A DNA stretch of 64,000 nucleotides from Octopus vulgaris (GCA_951406725.2 OX597826.1:34534001-34598000), one strand, 5' to 3'. Shown: positions 42,181-57,310, counted from the first letter of the stretch. The notes: generated by a model not told the origin, from the letters alone. Numbers and translations: made by a program.

Positions 42181-42320
42181 AACGAGCTTCTTTCACTTTC
42201 CGCAACCAAATCCACTCACGAGTCTATAGTAGAAAGACACTTGCCCAAGGTGCCATGAGGTGGGACTGAAACAAGAATCATGTGGTTGGGAAGCAAGCTT
42301 CTTTCCACACAGTCACTCCT
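42181..42320 (-). mobile_element. SINE family B, 5' half
   Basis: ctatagtagaaagacacttgcccaaggtgcc...tgggactgaa...ccacacagtcactcct. Confidence 0.8.
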
Positions 42321-42354
42321 AATTATATACATATGTATATATATGTATATATAT

Positions 42355-43004
<650 letters not shown>

Positions 43005-43050
43005 ATATATATATATACACACGCACACACACACATATATATATATATGA

Positions 43051-43362
43051 TGGGATCCTCTTCGGTCACGACTGACCATGTTATTGCACATAGAATGTTA
43101 CCCTCCGAGGTACATGTCCGGTAGATTGTTTATGGAAGACCACCAGTCACCCATGCATACCGGCCTCTCCTTTCCACACCACTCATATTATCCAAGCGAA
43201 ATGCAAAGGCTTGGCACCAGTGGTGTCGCGGCTCATTTCTACATGTGACTTAACTGGAGCAACGTGAAATAAAATATATTGCTCTAGAACACAACACGCA
43301 ACAAGGTCGGGGAATCGAACTCACAAACTCACGATCGCTCTAACCACCGTGCCATGCGCCTT
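43051..43362 (-). mobile_element. SINE family C, tail variant 2
   Basis: Diverged reverse complement of 38239-38580. Confidence 0.85.
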
Positions 43363-43375
43363 CACTATATATATA

Positions 43376-43415
<40 letters not shown>

Positions 43416-43614
43416 AGGACATTATTATTCATAAAAATAATAACAGTCGTGGCCGGAAGCGTAAAATACTTATAAGCAAAATTAATAAATACACATAAAA
43501 TAGGAAATTCATTTATAAGAGGATATTAATAAGCAACTGCTTTCCTAAAGATAGAGAATCAAAACTCCGGAACCACTTATCGAATATATATATGTTATAT
43601 ATATGCTATACATA

Positions 43615-43691
<77 letters not shown>

Positions 43692-43716
43692 TTATATATA
43701 CATATATACATATATG

Positions 43717-43774
<58 letters not shown>

Positions 43775-43948
43775 TGTATGTATGTGCATCTATATTTACT
43801 AGGAAAGGATGATGATTTGCATTCATTTCCGATTTACCCCTGTAAAAGTTAATATATATTTTAATGAAAAGTATTTAATAACTAATTTAATATATATTAC
43901 GCTTACATATATGTATTGATAGGAAAAAATCTCAGATTCATTTGTGTA

Positions 43949-44763
43949 TATATGGGTTGCGATGGATAATTTATCACCAGTTTATATTTTTAGTTTTGCG
44001 GTTGAGTATCCTTTTTTTCTTTTTTTGATTTTGTCCACTACACAGTAAAGTAGGATCCGTTAGGCACCGTATGTGACAAAAAAACAGAACCATAACGCAA
44101 TTCACTTTGCCAGATATTAGGAAACGACTTGTTGTACCGCTTGGCATTCGGGCCGGAAGCTTCAATACGAACATTTTAGAGAGTTTGGATATCAATCTGA
44201 GGTCAGTGCATGTACCGAGAATGATAACAATCAAACATCCAGTTAATATCGTGGTGTTTGGAGTGATCATTAGTGATGGTAGCGTTATGTCTCTGTTCAT
44301 CTTCCCACACGGAGTTAGACTCAACATGGGGGCCTACTTCAAGTGCCTGGAGGAGGAAGTGTTGCCCTGGGTCAAGAGGTTGGCTGCTGGAAGACCCTAT
44401 ATCTGGTAACATGGCTCTGCACCATGCCACAAAACCAGGAGATACTGGACTGTAATCCCCTTGATTATTATGTGCCGGGTGCATTTGAGAGAGAAACAAA
44501 CAACAATTCTTGTAACATCAAAGATGAGGTGAATGATTAAGGCAGCATTCACCAGCTTCAACAAGGAAACTGGCTAGAAGAGTTACAGAAAATTCCGAAT
44601 TCGTGTGGAGGCTGTGGTTGAAGCCAATAGCGATTTTATTGAACAAATTTAGTTTTTCAAGATACTTTTATGTAATTTAGGTAAATATATTAGCTAAAAT
44701 GAGATGTCAGTGTTATTCTCACTTTTAAGTAATTTAGACGACAATATATCGCTGCACACTGTA
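43949..44763 (+). mobile_element. Internally deleted Tc1/mariner-superfamily element (maT/DD37D-like)
   Basis: KHPVNIVVFGVIISDG...YFKCLEEEVLPWV...PYIW*HGSAPCH and DCNPLDYYV transposase motifs. Degenerate TIRs, right end ...ctgcacactgta. Confidence 0.8.
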
Positions 44764-44786
44764 AATAAATAAATAAATAAATATAT

Positions 44787-44857
<71 letters not shown>

Positions 44858-44887
44858 ATGTATGCATGTATCTATGTATGTATGCAC

Positions 44888-44920
<33 letters not shown>

Positions 44921-46164
44921 GGGAGAGAGTAATTGCTTGATAGCTGGAAAAAGATAGAATCAGATAGTTACATAGATCCGTGTGTGAGTGTTTATGGGGG
45001 TATATATGTTGCCCCTCACATTTTGCAATTGTCTTTAATAAACGACTTTAAAGGGGAATAAATAAATATAATGAAATATATCCTGGCTTACTAAACCATA
45101 TATCAATTGACCTAACCAAATACCAAGTAAAGTATCAACAATATTTGACTATAACATACCTGGTGGTCAACTGGATCAACCCCATTTTTGTCTGTAGTCA
45201 TCTGTCTCGAAACTAGACGTGTTAGCGTTTCTACAGACCCGTTTTTACAGTTCAGACCCTTTTTTTACTGTTTCAGGGTCTACGTAATAATTGATTAAAA
45301 AAAATTATAAGCTGCTTAGATAAGAACTTGTAACAATCTTACACCTTTTGAAGATATTAGCCAGTGAATAGAAAATGAATTATTAAATGAATAAATGAAA
45401 TATTTGAAGCTAGCTCTCCCATCCAGCATCAAATTTACTCCCAAAAGTTGTAAGACCGCTGCACTGAAACACAAGTTATTTAAAAGGAAATGTATCGACT
45501 TCTTTTCTGGCGACGTTCTTTTTCTGTCAACTGAACTGTCTCTTACTCCATTTGCTGCCTAAGTTTACCATAGGCACGTGGAGCCTTAATTACATTGTTA
45601 GGCAAGAAATCATCGCACAACTGATATTGCTGGTGGTTCGAATTGCAGGTGCAGTCCTTCTAACGTGCTTTCAAAGAGACAAAACAAGGAATGAGTAGGG
45701 GACAGAGACAAATGTATGCGGACAATGGAAATATATATATATATATATATATAGGTAAACGTCACTAATGTGAGAAGAGTACAAAATGGTACCAGCATCG
45801 CTAGAAATAAGAGCCAAGACGACTTATTAGCCACAAAAAAGCACTATATAGATAAATTGACGAATGAAACAGAGCTTCCTATTAAAGTGAGACAAAGCAG
45901 CAGATATACCCATTTCACGGGATTTCGAATTCGGATGTTTAGCATGTCAATTCTCGTTTGTGGATCTTACTACGACTAGAGTTAAGCTCAACTCACTTCG
46001 TCAACTTATAAAAAACCCGTTGAAAGCATGTGCTATTTCAAAACGGCAGAAGCATATACTACAAATAATATAGGTGGCTTATTACCAATTAAAATCTTTA
46101 CATTACCTTTAGACTTTAATTGCTAATAAGCTACCTCCATTATATATATATATATATATATATA

Positions 46165-46242
<78 letters not shown>

Positions 46243-46667
46243 ACCAGAGAGAGTAATCCATGACAATATCATATAAATGCTTTTAGTGTTCTTTACATAT
46301 TTTTCGCCATTACATCATTTGATGACGTGCGTTTATTTTATTCAATAACGAAACAGTGAGTGTGTGTAGCTGCATATATTATAAGTAGGTATACACTTTC
46401 ATGTTAGATAGACATATGTTTAGATTCACTCTACTAATAGACGTTGTGGTTAAGCGACAGGAATTCTCTTCTTCAGAAACCAAAGAAAAATTGTAAAAGT
46501 AAGCGTCTGTGATGATCTGGCTATACCTACAGAAGCCATTTGCGAATCGAGCCCTTATCGTATGTGAGCAATTAATCCATAAACACACCTGCGTACATCT
46601 ATATACACGCACACACGCCAGACTATATGTATCGATGTATGTATATATGTTTGTATATGTATGTATA

Positions 46668-46726
<59 letters not shown>

Positions 46727-47512
46727 TTCGATTATATATATATCTTGAAATTATAAAAATATTAGCAAAACTGAGAAAATGCCTCTGTAAAAACAAGCTT
46801 ATCTATTCCACTATTTTTCCTTTGCCGCACTATTGTTGAATCTTAATGAATTCACTTTGATTCCTCCCAGAGTTCTATGTATACTTCTATGGATTATTTC
46901 CGCCTATTTTCCTTCAACGCCATTATACCATTTTCATTATTTTACATAAAATCAATAATGCTTGGATTCACAAATCACAGCGTTCATTTACAAATAAAAC
47001 TCTCTCGCCCACTCACTAATCTAAAACTTTCTCTTCTCTACTGCTCTCTCATCCTATCCATCCATCCATCCATCCATCCATCCATCCAACCATCCATCCA
47101 GCTAGCTAGCTTGCAAGTTATCTGCCTGTTTGTCTGTCAGTATATCTATCTGTTAGTCTGTGTATCTATTTAGCTACCACTCTCTCTATATATGTGTGTG
47201 TGTATGTGTGCGTGAGTATACGTTGCGCATATATGCAGGCACACACGAATACACACAAATACACATACACAAACAAATACCTACACAAATATATACATAC
47301 TGTTTCTTGCCTGATAGGTAGATGATGGCGTCATTTCTACATTTCAACATATGAATTTTTATTCTTTATAAATGAAGATTGAATTTATTTCCTTTACTAA
47401 TGTTTATTTTTATATTTATTCGGATTTTATTTATTAAACTTAGTTTCGAAAGGTACTTATGTTATATATACTCAGAAAATGAAAATCCTTAGGTCGTGTG
47501 TATGCATATTTC

Positions 47513-47928
47513 GGATCTTTTCGGTTTGAACGGCAGTTTTTAAAAATCATTTCCACGTAACTAAACACTTTTAAACTTCATATACTGGTAGAATGTGTTT
47601 ATAAAATATCTTTTTCTCTTGGCTTTATTGAGAAATTTCTATAGTTTGTAAGATATTTGTTGGTTTTTTTTTCTTCAATTTCTGCAATTTCAACCAATCA
47701 CGGACGTCTATTGAGGCGAAAACATTCTGTGCCGTATGAATATGTGCCTCGTTTAAGAAAAAGATTAGGTTTATTTACATTCCCATAACCCAAACCCTAA
47801 CCCTAACCCTAACTAACCCTAACCCTAAAACAGATTGAAATGCAATAGATCGATACTAGGGTCATAATTATGGGTGACAATTTCATATTACATCGCTAGA
47901 AAAACTGCCGTTCAAACCAAAAAGAGCC
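47513..47928. mobile_element. MITE with 29-bp TIRs and 8-bp TSD (Merlin-like), internal (CCCTAA)n
   Basis: TIR GGATCTTTTCGGTTTGAACGGCAGTTTTT (2 mismatches to the right TIR). TSD CATATTTC at 47505-47512 and 47929-47936. Confidence 0.88.
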
Positions 47929-48374
47929 CATATTTCTGTCTCTATGCTCCGCTGCAGAACAGTATAACAGTCGATCATAAGAAGTCCCATAAAAAACAGA
48001 GGCTTTTCTTTGGGGAAAAGCGGATAGTCTCTTCTTTAATAAAACTCCATTTTGAAGGGAAATTATTCATCAAGGGCTCCCTAACAATTTTGTTGCTGTT
48101 GAACTTCGCATCTTCTTGAGTTACTTCAGTAACGAAAGACAGGGCTAAGCGGAGACAGAATTTTCGATCTCAGTACTTTACAGGTAATTTCTTAATCGAT
48201 CTAGGCAACATGAAAACCAGATATGCATGTCTACTTACCTGAACTCATAGCACATACAACTGGAACACATAGGATGTATCGTATAGGATGCACATATATG
48301 TGTGAGCGCGTCAATGTGTACATTAATACGAGCAAATATATATGTATGTATGTATGTATCTATCTATCAATTTT

Positions 48375-48740
48375 TATATGGTGGACGCACCTGAGAGATC
48401 TAGAGACAAACACTTTCCTCTCTGGTCAATCTCTCATCAACTTCTTTAAGTATCACTTGAAGAGGAAGGAGACAGTAGAGAGGGATGTTTTGTCTAGAGA
48501 ACGTTTCAAAACAAGATGGGTGAATGTAGCAAGGAAGGCACGTGTGAATGACAGAGCCAGCTTGAGCATAATCCGATGAACCAAAAGAAAGGAAAAAAGA
48601 GAGCCACTTACTGTAATGTGTTTTTTTCTGCATGACACTCTTGCCCAAGGTTCCCGTAGTCTTTTCCGTAGGCTTTTCTTTCCACGGATATACCTAATCT
48701 GTTTTCCCTTTTTACATTGAAATTTTTGTGAATCACGATT
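48375..48740 (+). pseudogene. 3' end of an L1/Tx1-like non-LTR retrotransposon (5'-truncated)
   Basis: WWTHLRDLETNTFLSGQSLINFFKYHLKRK..VER.VL....F..RW resembles the Tx1-like ORF2 C-terminus. Starts abruptly after a microsatellite. Confidence 0.55.
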
Positions 48741-49278
48741 CCTATTGTTCGGCCCCAGTTTTTTTTTTTCGCGATTTGTTTTTGATCAGAATTCGACCCA
48801 CTTTTTTTCTTCTCTTCTTCTTCCCTAAAAGGAAAACTCTGCTTTGTATTTTCTCCCCTTTCTGTGGATAATTTGTGAGCAATTTGTCATGAGTACAGTT
48901 GACAGTAGTTTCCTTGTTCTCTAGCATTCACCTTGCATCACTTCTCTCTTTCTGTCTGTCTGTCTCTCTTTCCTTCTCTCTCTTTCTCTCTTCCTCTCGC
49001 TCCTCCACTTTCTGTATGAAGAATGCGATGACACTGTCTTGATAAGGTAGATATAGTGAAAGTTTTTCACATTGGCTGTGCATACAAACACGAATAGAGA
49101 GAAAGGGAGAGAGAGGGAGGGAGTGTGTGTGTGTGTGTGTGTGAGGGAGAATCTGTGTGAGAGAGAGGAAGAGAGAGAGACATGCTGGTTAAATACAGGA
49201 CTTCTGTCACAGATTAAAATATGAAAGACAAAATCTATACTTCTATATCACCAAACGATTCCCACACAAGGGCAAGCG

Positions 49279-49310
<32 letters not shown>

Positions 49311-49858
49311 CTACCCAAATCAAATTATTTACAGTGCTACAGAATGTAGAGCTACTAAAAGTAGTTAAGATATCCATCATGTCTTACTCAACTCCATTTC
49401 AAAGCCTGACTCCTTACCGTAGATGTTTCTTTTGTATTGTAGGAAGAACACGAGCCGAAACTCTTCTTAAAAGATGGCACAAAGCAATCGAAAATACTCA
49501 AGCCATCCTCAAGTTACTCCCATAGTCGCGTGTATTAAATACACACGGTCTAATTACAGAGCGAGTCTAAACCCATGTTTATCAATCGTACACATTTGAA
49601 CTTCCAAATTTAGCCGCATACATACATTGAAAACCGTCTCGGTCCTTAGATTATTTTGCCAATTACGCACACAAACGCTCACATAAATACACAAATATAC
49701 ATGTATGTGTATGTATGTATGTATACATATGTGTGTGTATGTGTGTGTATGTATGTGTGTGTGTATGTGTCTGTGTGTGTGTGTATGCATGCAAGCTTTG
49801 CTCGTGTTCTCTGTTTGATTCCTACTTTCACTAACTGTCAACTATGCACATGTGAAGA

Positions 49859-50055
49859 AGCAATTAAACCTTGCACTTAGCACGAAAACAATTAAAGTTT
49901 ATTATAGCTGTTGAACTGAATATAATTGGTTTCAAACTATCTGCATATATTGTTTACTCGTTCTGTGGTTATTTTTCCAGTAACACAGCAATTAAACCTT
50001 GCACTTAGCACGAAAACAATTAAAGTTTATTATAGCTGTTGAACTGAATATAATT
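49859..50055 (+). repeat. 69-bp exact direct repeat (49859-49927 and 49987-50055)
   Basis: agcaattaaaccttgcacttagcacgaaaacaattaaagtttattatagctgttgaactgaatataatt occurs twice, offset 128 bp. Confidence 0.95.
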
Positions 50056-50718
50056 TTCAAAACACCTCCTCAATACAACAGAATCTCTTGATAAATTTTA
50101 TTGAGAAAGATAGCAGAGAAGTGGGAAGGGTAATAGCTTATTTAATTCGCAATTCAGATTGGCTATTTAGAGGATTAATTTGAAGGTAGCCGAGTGAGAA
50201 AAATAATATTTAATAGATGTATTTGAACTAAATGGGTGACTGACAAGTTAACTTAATTGAATTAAAAATAGGAACGTACATACATGCATATGTGTATGTG
50301 TGACATAGAATTCGCTTTCTTCGTTTGGCATTGATATATAATTGAAAACGGTATACGTTGAAATATTTATTTTGCCTGTGAAATTATATGTAGTCACAAA
50401 CGACTTTTTGTTTAAAATATTCCCATCATGGATGGGAAAACTGCAATCGATTGACAAACAAGAAAGAGCAGTCATGTCTTTCTTAAATTAGACCTTGTAC
50501 GTTTAAGAAACGACAGATTTTATAACGTGAACCCGATAATTTGTTCTATCTCGGGAAAAAGATAGAATGCTCTTCGTTTGTATGGCTTTCCATATAATAA
50601 CGTCCACTGAAAATGAGCTGATCGGATATTAATCAACAATGCAACATCAAATTTTGGGAAAATACAGAGGCATGTATACATGCATACATACATATATACA
50701 TACATATATATACATACG

Positions 50719-50784
<66 letters not shown>

Positions 50785-51174
50785 TAAATACATACATACA
50801 TACATATATAAATACACACATATATATTCTTTTACTTGTCTTACATTGGCGGTGTTGACAGAAAGAAGATTAAAGAAGGAATCTGTCAACACCTCAAATG
50901 TAAAACGTCTTCCCTGAAGATGGAAATTGGTATCATCCGATGAAGGAAAGAATTTACAATCAATATTTTGGACCACAATTCCCCCAGAAACAGCTGTTGG
51001 ACTCATAAAACTCTTATTCAATTCCTATAATTCCTTGAATCATTTCTATTCTGTGTAAACCGGACCTTTTTATATGTAAACATATGTACAAATTTTGGTT
51101 TAAATCAGTTTGATAATATCCGTATATCGACTTGCCTAACTTGCTTGTCCTTACATTTACTCCTTTATAAGTAT

Positions 51175-51217
<43 letters not shown>

Positions 51218-51219
51218 AA

Positions 51220-51449
51220 GGCGGCGAGCTGGCAGAATCGTCAGCACGCCGGGCGAAATGCGTAGCCGTATTTCGTCTGCCGTTACGTTCTGTGTTCAAA
51301 TTCCGCCGAGGTCGACTTTGCCTTTCATCCTTTCGGGGTCGATAAATTAAGTACCAGTTACGCCCTGGGGTCGATATAATCGACCTAATCCGTTTGTCTG
51401 TCCTTGTTTGTCCCCTCTGTGTTTAGCCCCTTGTGGGTAGTAAAGAAAT
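51220..51449 (+). mobile_element. SINE family A, full length
   Basis: ggcggcgagctggcagaatcgtcagcacgccgggcg...gtgggtagtaaagaaa, inserted in (TA)n. Confidence 0.92.
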
Positions 51450-51524
51450 ATATATATATATATATATAAACATATATTGTTGTATTTCGGAATGGTCATT
51501 TTGCCAGTTTATATACCAGTTTAT

Positions 51525-51617
<93 letters not shown>

Positions 51618-51628
51618 ATTCATATTAT

Positions 51629-51672
<44 letters not shown>

Positions 51673-52636
51673 GCGATTACATACATAGATGACTGTGTGT
51701 TATTTTGCAGCATTAATATTCGCTTTTAACCGACGTGTAGATGGTGTTAAATGCTATTTAACATTTTCCTTGTTATCTAAAAATCATTCATGGCGATGCA
51801 TTCATAATTTCTTTGAGCTGAAAGGATTTAAACTCAAATGACCTGTTAAATTTGAAATAACAAATCGTCAGATATTGTATTTCGGTAACAGTCGCACACA
51901 TGTGGTCGCACATCTTAGGTACAACCGTTCCATAAATATTTCAACATTTGTAATTAACTAGTAATGTTTGTAAGCTGTTACGAAATGCTAGCACTATGAT
52001 TATTATTAATCTGGAGATTGGGTGGAAAACATTATGACTAGTTATGCTAATTGATTATCGGAAAATATAAATTTGACTGCTTTTACGATATCAATGTTAA
52101 AAGCCATCCTAAAGTATAATGCTAAACATTTGTTACATTGATTGAACTTGATGGAAAGCAGAATAATGTTTAAATTGGATTGTGCAAAATGTATAATTTC
52201 ACAAGTATATTATATTCTACATACATTATCTCGCGTTACTACCATTCATATTCTGTTTAGCACTACTCACAATGGAGTACAGATCTTACCATTTTTCGGG
52301 TTAATACGTGAGTTTGAAGACGTTTCATTCTTCGTTTCAATTATCACTAGATTCTTCCTTTGGTATTTAAAACCGATTTTCGTTATTAAAGTACATATGA
52401 TCTGTTTAACATTTATCTCAGATCTTCTGCAATACTAATAAATATAGCAATCTGCCAAGTAAGTATATAGCATTTTTTTTATATGATAGTACGAAGGTTT
52501 GCCGTACGCCATTCAACCTACTGTAGCAAGCATGTCGTATAGACGAATATTTACTTCTTTTCAAAGTTATAACATTGTTATTGTTAACATTTGGTTCACG
52601 TATTCATTAAACTTACCATCAACATCATCATCATCA

Positions 52637-52707
<71 letters not shown>

Positions 52708-53885
52708 TCCTTGTATCACAAGTTTTGTTGGAGGTACATGGTAGCGGACTTGCTAGCTGCAGCCTGCGGTACCATACTATCTATTCTTTACAGCTCTCTA
52801 ATAATCTCCGGGTTATTCTAGCTGTGCCAAGAAGGTAAATCTTTTGTAACAGTTCTAGGGGGCACTCTATTCCAATTTCCTTTATATTCCCCTTGATACC
52901 TTCTGATACTGTTCCCATGAATCCAACCATAATTGGCACAATCTTCACCTTCTTCATTTTCCATAGCCAGGCTATTTCGAACAGAAGCGGATTGCATTTA
53001 TCTATCTTCGCCTTCCTTCTTGACTATTCGTGGTCAAAGAGGCATGCAACATCAACTATATAGCACATGTAGTGCATCGTATCCACCACTACCACTAGGT
53101 CCGTTCTCTTATGCTCTAGCACCTAATCTGTTTGGATGTGGAAATCTCAGATGATTTTGTTAGTCTCCATCTCCACCACTCATTGCGGTTTGTGCATGTG
53201 CCACGTCTTGCCTCTCTAGCCCCCACTTTTTAGTCTACAATGTAGCACTTTCGCCACCTGATCGTGTCGCCACAACATGTAGTGGTTTTGGGACAAGTCT
53301 AGGGAATTCGTTCGTGATATGGGCAATTGCTTATTCCTAAGATTGATCCTACTGGCTGCGTGGAATTACTTGTGTAGTCCCTTGTTGTGCAATTCTTCTT
53401 CATGTCCTTTTTTGCATTTCCTTTGTTTTTCATTTTTTCTCTGCTTTCAATACTCACTCGTTCCTAACTCTAACTAGCAAGGCTTCCTTACTTTGGGCTA
53501 GGTATCGTACTAAGCTCCCGAGTTCGAGAAACATGTTGACTTCTTCACTTATCAGTCCTATTCCTCCATTTGCTTTCTTCGTGTGTAAAGCGATCAATGT
53601 CCACACGTGGATGATGGGTACCATTCATCGTTAGAAGCTTTCTCGAGTTCCGGTCCATCTCCAATAGTTCCAGTTCAGGACTCCAGCGCCACGTGGAACT
53701 ACTGCGACTGCGCGCGAGTTTATAGCCGAAATTATGTTTCTGGCATTTAGCTTTTGAAGCCAATATTTTTCTCACTCACTGCAGGTACTCACTCTCACTT
53801 TTTGTCTTTTCCTTCATGTCATTTTACTTAATTTCCATCTGCCTCAAGTAATCCCACGTATTCATATTTTTTCTCGTTCTTCGCC
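52708..53885 (-). pseudogene. R4/Dong-like non-LTR retrotransposon 3' portion
   Basis: MDRNSRKLLTMNGTHHPRVDIDR, WRHDQVA and IVPIMVGFMGTVSE motifs occur in the expected order. The 3' end abuts the (TAA)n tract at 52638-52707. Confidence 0.8.
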
Positions 53886-53907
53886 TCTACCTTCAGTTGA
53901 CCACGAA

Positions 53908-54223
53908 ATTCACATTATTATCTTGTCTGATAGTTAACATATGTGGGTGAATTTAATAGGTTAAACTCCGAATTTGATACACAAATAAAATTAATCACCT
54001 CTCTCTACTTCTTCCTCTCTTCTTTCTTCACTCCCCCCTCTCGCTCTCGCTCTCACATACTCACTCCCCCGTCACTCACTCCACTTTAACCTCTCTAACT
54101 AATAAGGGGCGAATGGACAAGTAGATTATTATGTAGATAATTTTATTTGTGTATCAAATTTGGAGTTTAACCTATTAAATTCACCCACATACGTTAACTA
54201 TCAGACAAGATAATAATGTGAAT
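53908..54223. repeat. 86-bp inverted repeat (2 mismatches) around a 144-bp spacer
   Basis: Arms at 53908-53993 and 54138-54223. Confidence 0.93.
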
Positions 54224-54460
54224 ATTGTCTTATCGAACAAATGCCTGAAAATCCACAAATATCCGTACATGTTTTATAATTACACACAAGAATAATAGAG
54301 TGAATAAGTTCTTTGATAGATCGATTTACAAAATTTATGTATATTATAGCATGATATGGCAATATTGATGAGGCCTGATTCAAATGAAGCGATTATAGAT
54401 TTATGTATTTGATGAATTTCAAAGGCTTGCTCATTATTGTAGATAAATAGATAGAGGGAT

Positions 54461-54554
<94 letters not shown>

Positions 54555-55462
54555 GGTCTATATGTATGTAAGTATGTATGTATGTATGTATGTTTGTATG
54601 TATGTATGTATATCTATCTACCTATATGTGTGTCTATCTATCTTTCTTTCTATTTATAAACATATATAGAATTGCACACTCATACACCCACATACATGTA
54701 TGAAACAATGAAACAACCTCTACAAGACGACAAGGCGTGATAGAAACTGTAGGAAATTCCTCTCGAGCCTTACCATTCAGCCTTTGCAAAACGTGACTGC
54801 ATATTTTATAGCATATTTCTAAACGGAATGATTGAATAAATGAAAGATTGATCACGGCTGTAATACCTTTTATCATTCATCTACTGTATTATCACTATCA
54901 TGTATAAAAATACCAACACAACTAAACCAATCAAATAAAATATCTCCACTTATAAGGAATTCAAGTGCACATCAGTGATTATAATATAAAACGTTACGGG
55001 TTATAATGAAATCCTACATAACTCAAACGTTATACGGTGGTAATTAAACACAAAGGAATTATTTGTAGTAAGCTGTGATGTAACACTTTTCAAATTCAGT
55101 TCGCTAGAATTGTCCAACAATGAAACAACATAACGTACTTTTTAAGCATAGCATAGGAAAGCATTCCATGGTATCCATGAAAATAGTAATGAACTGTGAT
55201 AGAATTAAGACCATATGAGAATGTAAATTTTACGAACACTAGAATTTTCATAACTTGCGTTTCTTAGAATCAATCTTATCATTCAGTAGACTGATATTCC
55301 CCAAATAAAGAATCTGTTATCTTAAAGAACACTTCCTTGTTTGTCTTAACACTGAATTATTTGGATGGAACATTCGAAATTTATGTCTATCGTCATCAGT
55401 AAATAATTATGGCAAATGCATTATTTCACTAGTTTTAGTTAATGAGTCAGATGTAACATTTA

Positions 55463-55839
55463 CAGGGCCGGATTAAAACCTATCGAGGCCCTAAGCACTT
55501 AACAGATTTTTTTGCCCCCATAAAAGAATATGTAATTCAAAATATAAACAATAACAAACCATAAAATAATTTTTTTTCTTTTTCAAAACGAAACAAAATA
55601 GTAGGAAGGAAAATAATGTTTATTTTTGTATACTTCTTTGATCAGATCCCCAAAATTAATCTTAGTTAACACATCTGCATCTATACTTAATAGCGATAAA
55701 GACATCCCGAATATTAAATTAGCCAGTTTAAAGTGATTTTTTTCTGTGTTGTAAACCATTCGCCATTTCTGTGGTACTTTCTCCTTCCCTTGATGCCCCA
55801 AGCACGTGCTTATTTTGCTTAATGGTTAATCCAGTGCTG
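55463..55839 (-). mobile_element. hAT deletion derivative retaining the dimerisation-domain fragment
   Basis: TIRs CAGGGCCGGATTAA / TTAATCCAGTGCTG. 8-bp TSD AACATTTA / AACCTTTA. Translation LSLLSIDADVLTKINFGDLIKE resembles the hAT C-terminus. Confidence 0.85.
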
Positions 55840-57258
55840 AACCTTTATGTGGTGACTAGGCTTGGTTGCTCAGTCAAATCTCCTTCAAATATATCTCTAT
55901 CGTCTTAGTATTTTACATGCATTATTGCTAAAACAAACCCCGAAAATAAGAGCTGGTCACCGCTGGAATGCCTTTAAATCACATATGTAAACTTAGGGAT
56001 ATTAATTTTAAAAATCAACCCCTAAAAATATTATTAATTTCTCATATTGGTTAAATATGATATATATCAGACTTTAGATTGAGTCGTCCAAAGGGGAAAC
56101 ATTTAAAAGACGATTTACGTTATACATACATTATCACACACTGTAAGCATCAGGTGTTTTTGTAAAGTAATTGAATGGTGAATTCGAATCTTAACATTTA
56201 CTGTGAGTTTATTAAATTCAATAAGTGAATCAGTGTTAATGGGAGGTATTCAAACAAGGAAACGTAGGGGCCATGTGTAATCTAATATTAAAAAGTACTC
56301 AATGAATATATGTTGCCGAAATAAGTATTGCGAAATTCGATGAAGAGAAAAATCTGATGCGATCGCACACTACTGCCTTACAAGTTGGCATTAAGAATAT
56401 AGTTGTAGTTATAATAGAGAATATGGAACGGTAATGTGTAGAATGTCTATGACTTCAGATCTTTGCGACTTGATAACTGGCGCTAGAATGGAAACAGTAT
56501 CGGAAAATTTGAATTACTTCAGTGTGAAATGAAACACTTTCGTTTGAAACAAACATTTAACGCTGTAATGATCAAACAAGAATAAAAGTAAGTTTATGGT
56601 CGATTTAATACTTTATTATCGTAACTATACATGACGTGAAGATCGTAAGAGAAAGAGAAAAAAAGAGGAATAGCACAAGGGGGAAATGAGAACTGGGAAA
56701 AGGGTATAGAGAATGAGTGAGAGAGAGAGGGAGAGGAAAGCGTGAGTGAGACAAAAGGAGGAAAGCAAGAGTAGAAACAACGAGAAAGAAGGATCATACC
56801 GGATTTGGGAAGTGTTTCTGAGATTGCATTTATAAATACGAGAGATGCAGGACATAAAATTCTAATGCCCTTCAAATCCACGTTCTGATATGATCTTAAT
56901 TCCTTTACATTTTATTATGCAATTTTTTATGGGCACATTAGAGGAAGTTATGTCTTGCTATGTTTAAAACATATATTCCTCGTATGTTGCTTCATTGTTG
57001 AGCAATAATAGCATGTTGGGTTTATAGAAAATTAATGAAAACAAGTTGAACAAAACAGCAAAGAGAAACCAACCAAATTTTGTCTAATTACAACTACATA
57101 AATCTGAATTGGAAAGGGCTCCATTAAATTTACTGAAACTTTATATTCTAAAGTCTTTGATCTGCCTTCCACTGAACGGTTCTTAATTAAATTCATATGA
57201 TTTATATTTAGGGTTCAAATTTATAAACCACAATCAAGCTAGGCCTGACCAAATACCC

Positions 57259-57310
<52 letters not shown>

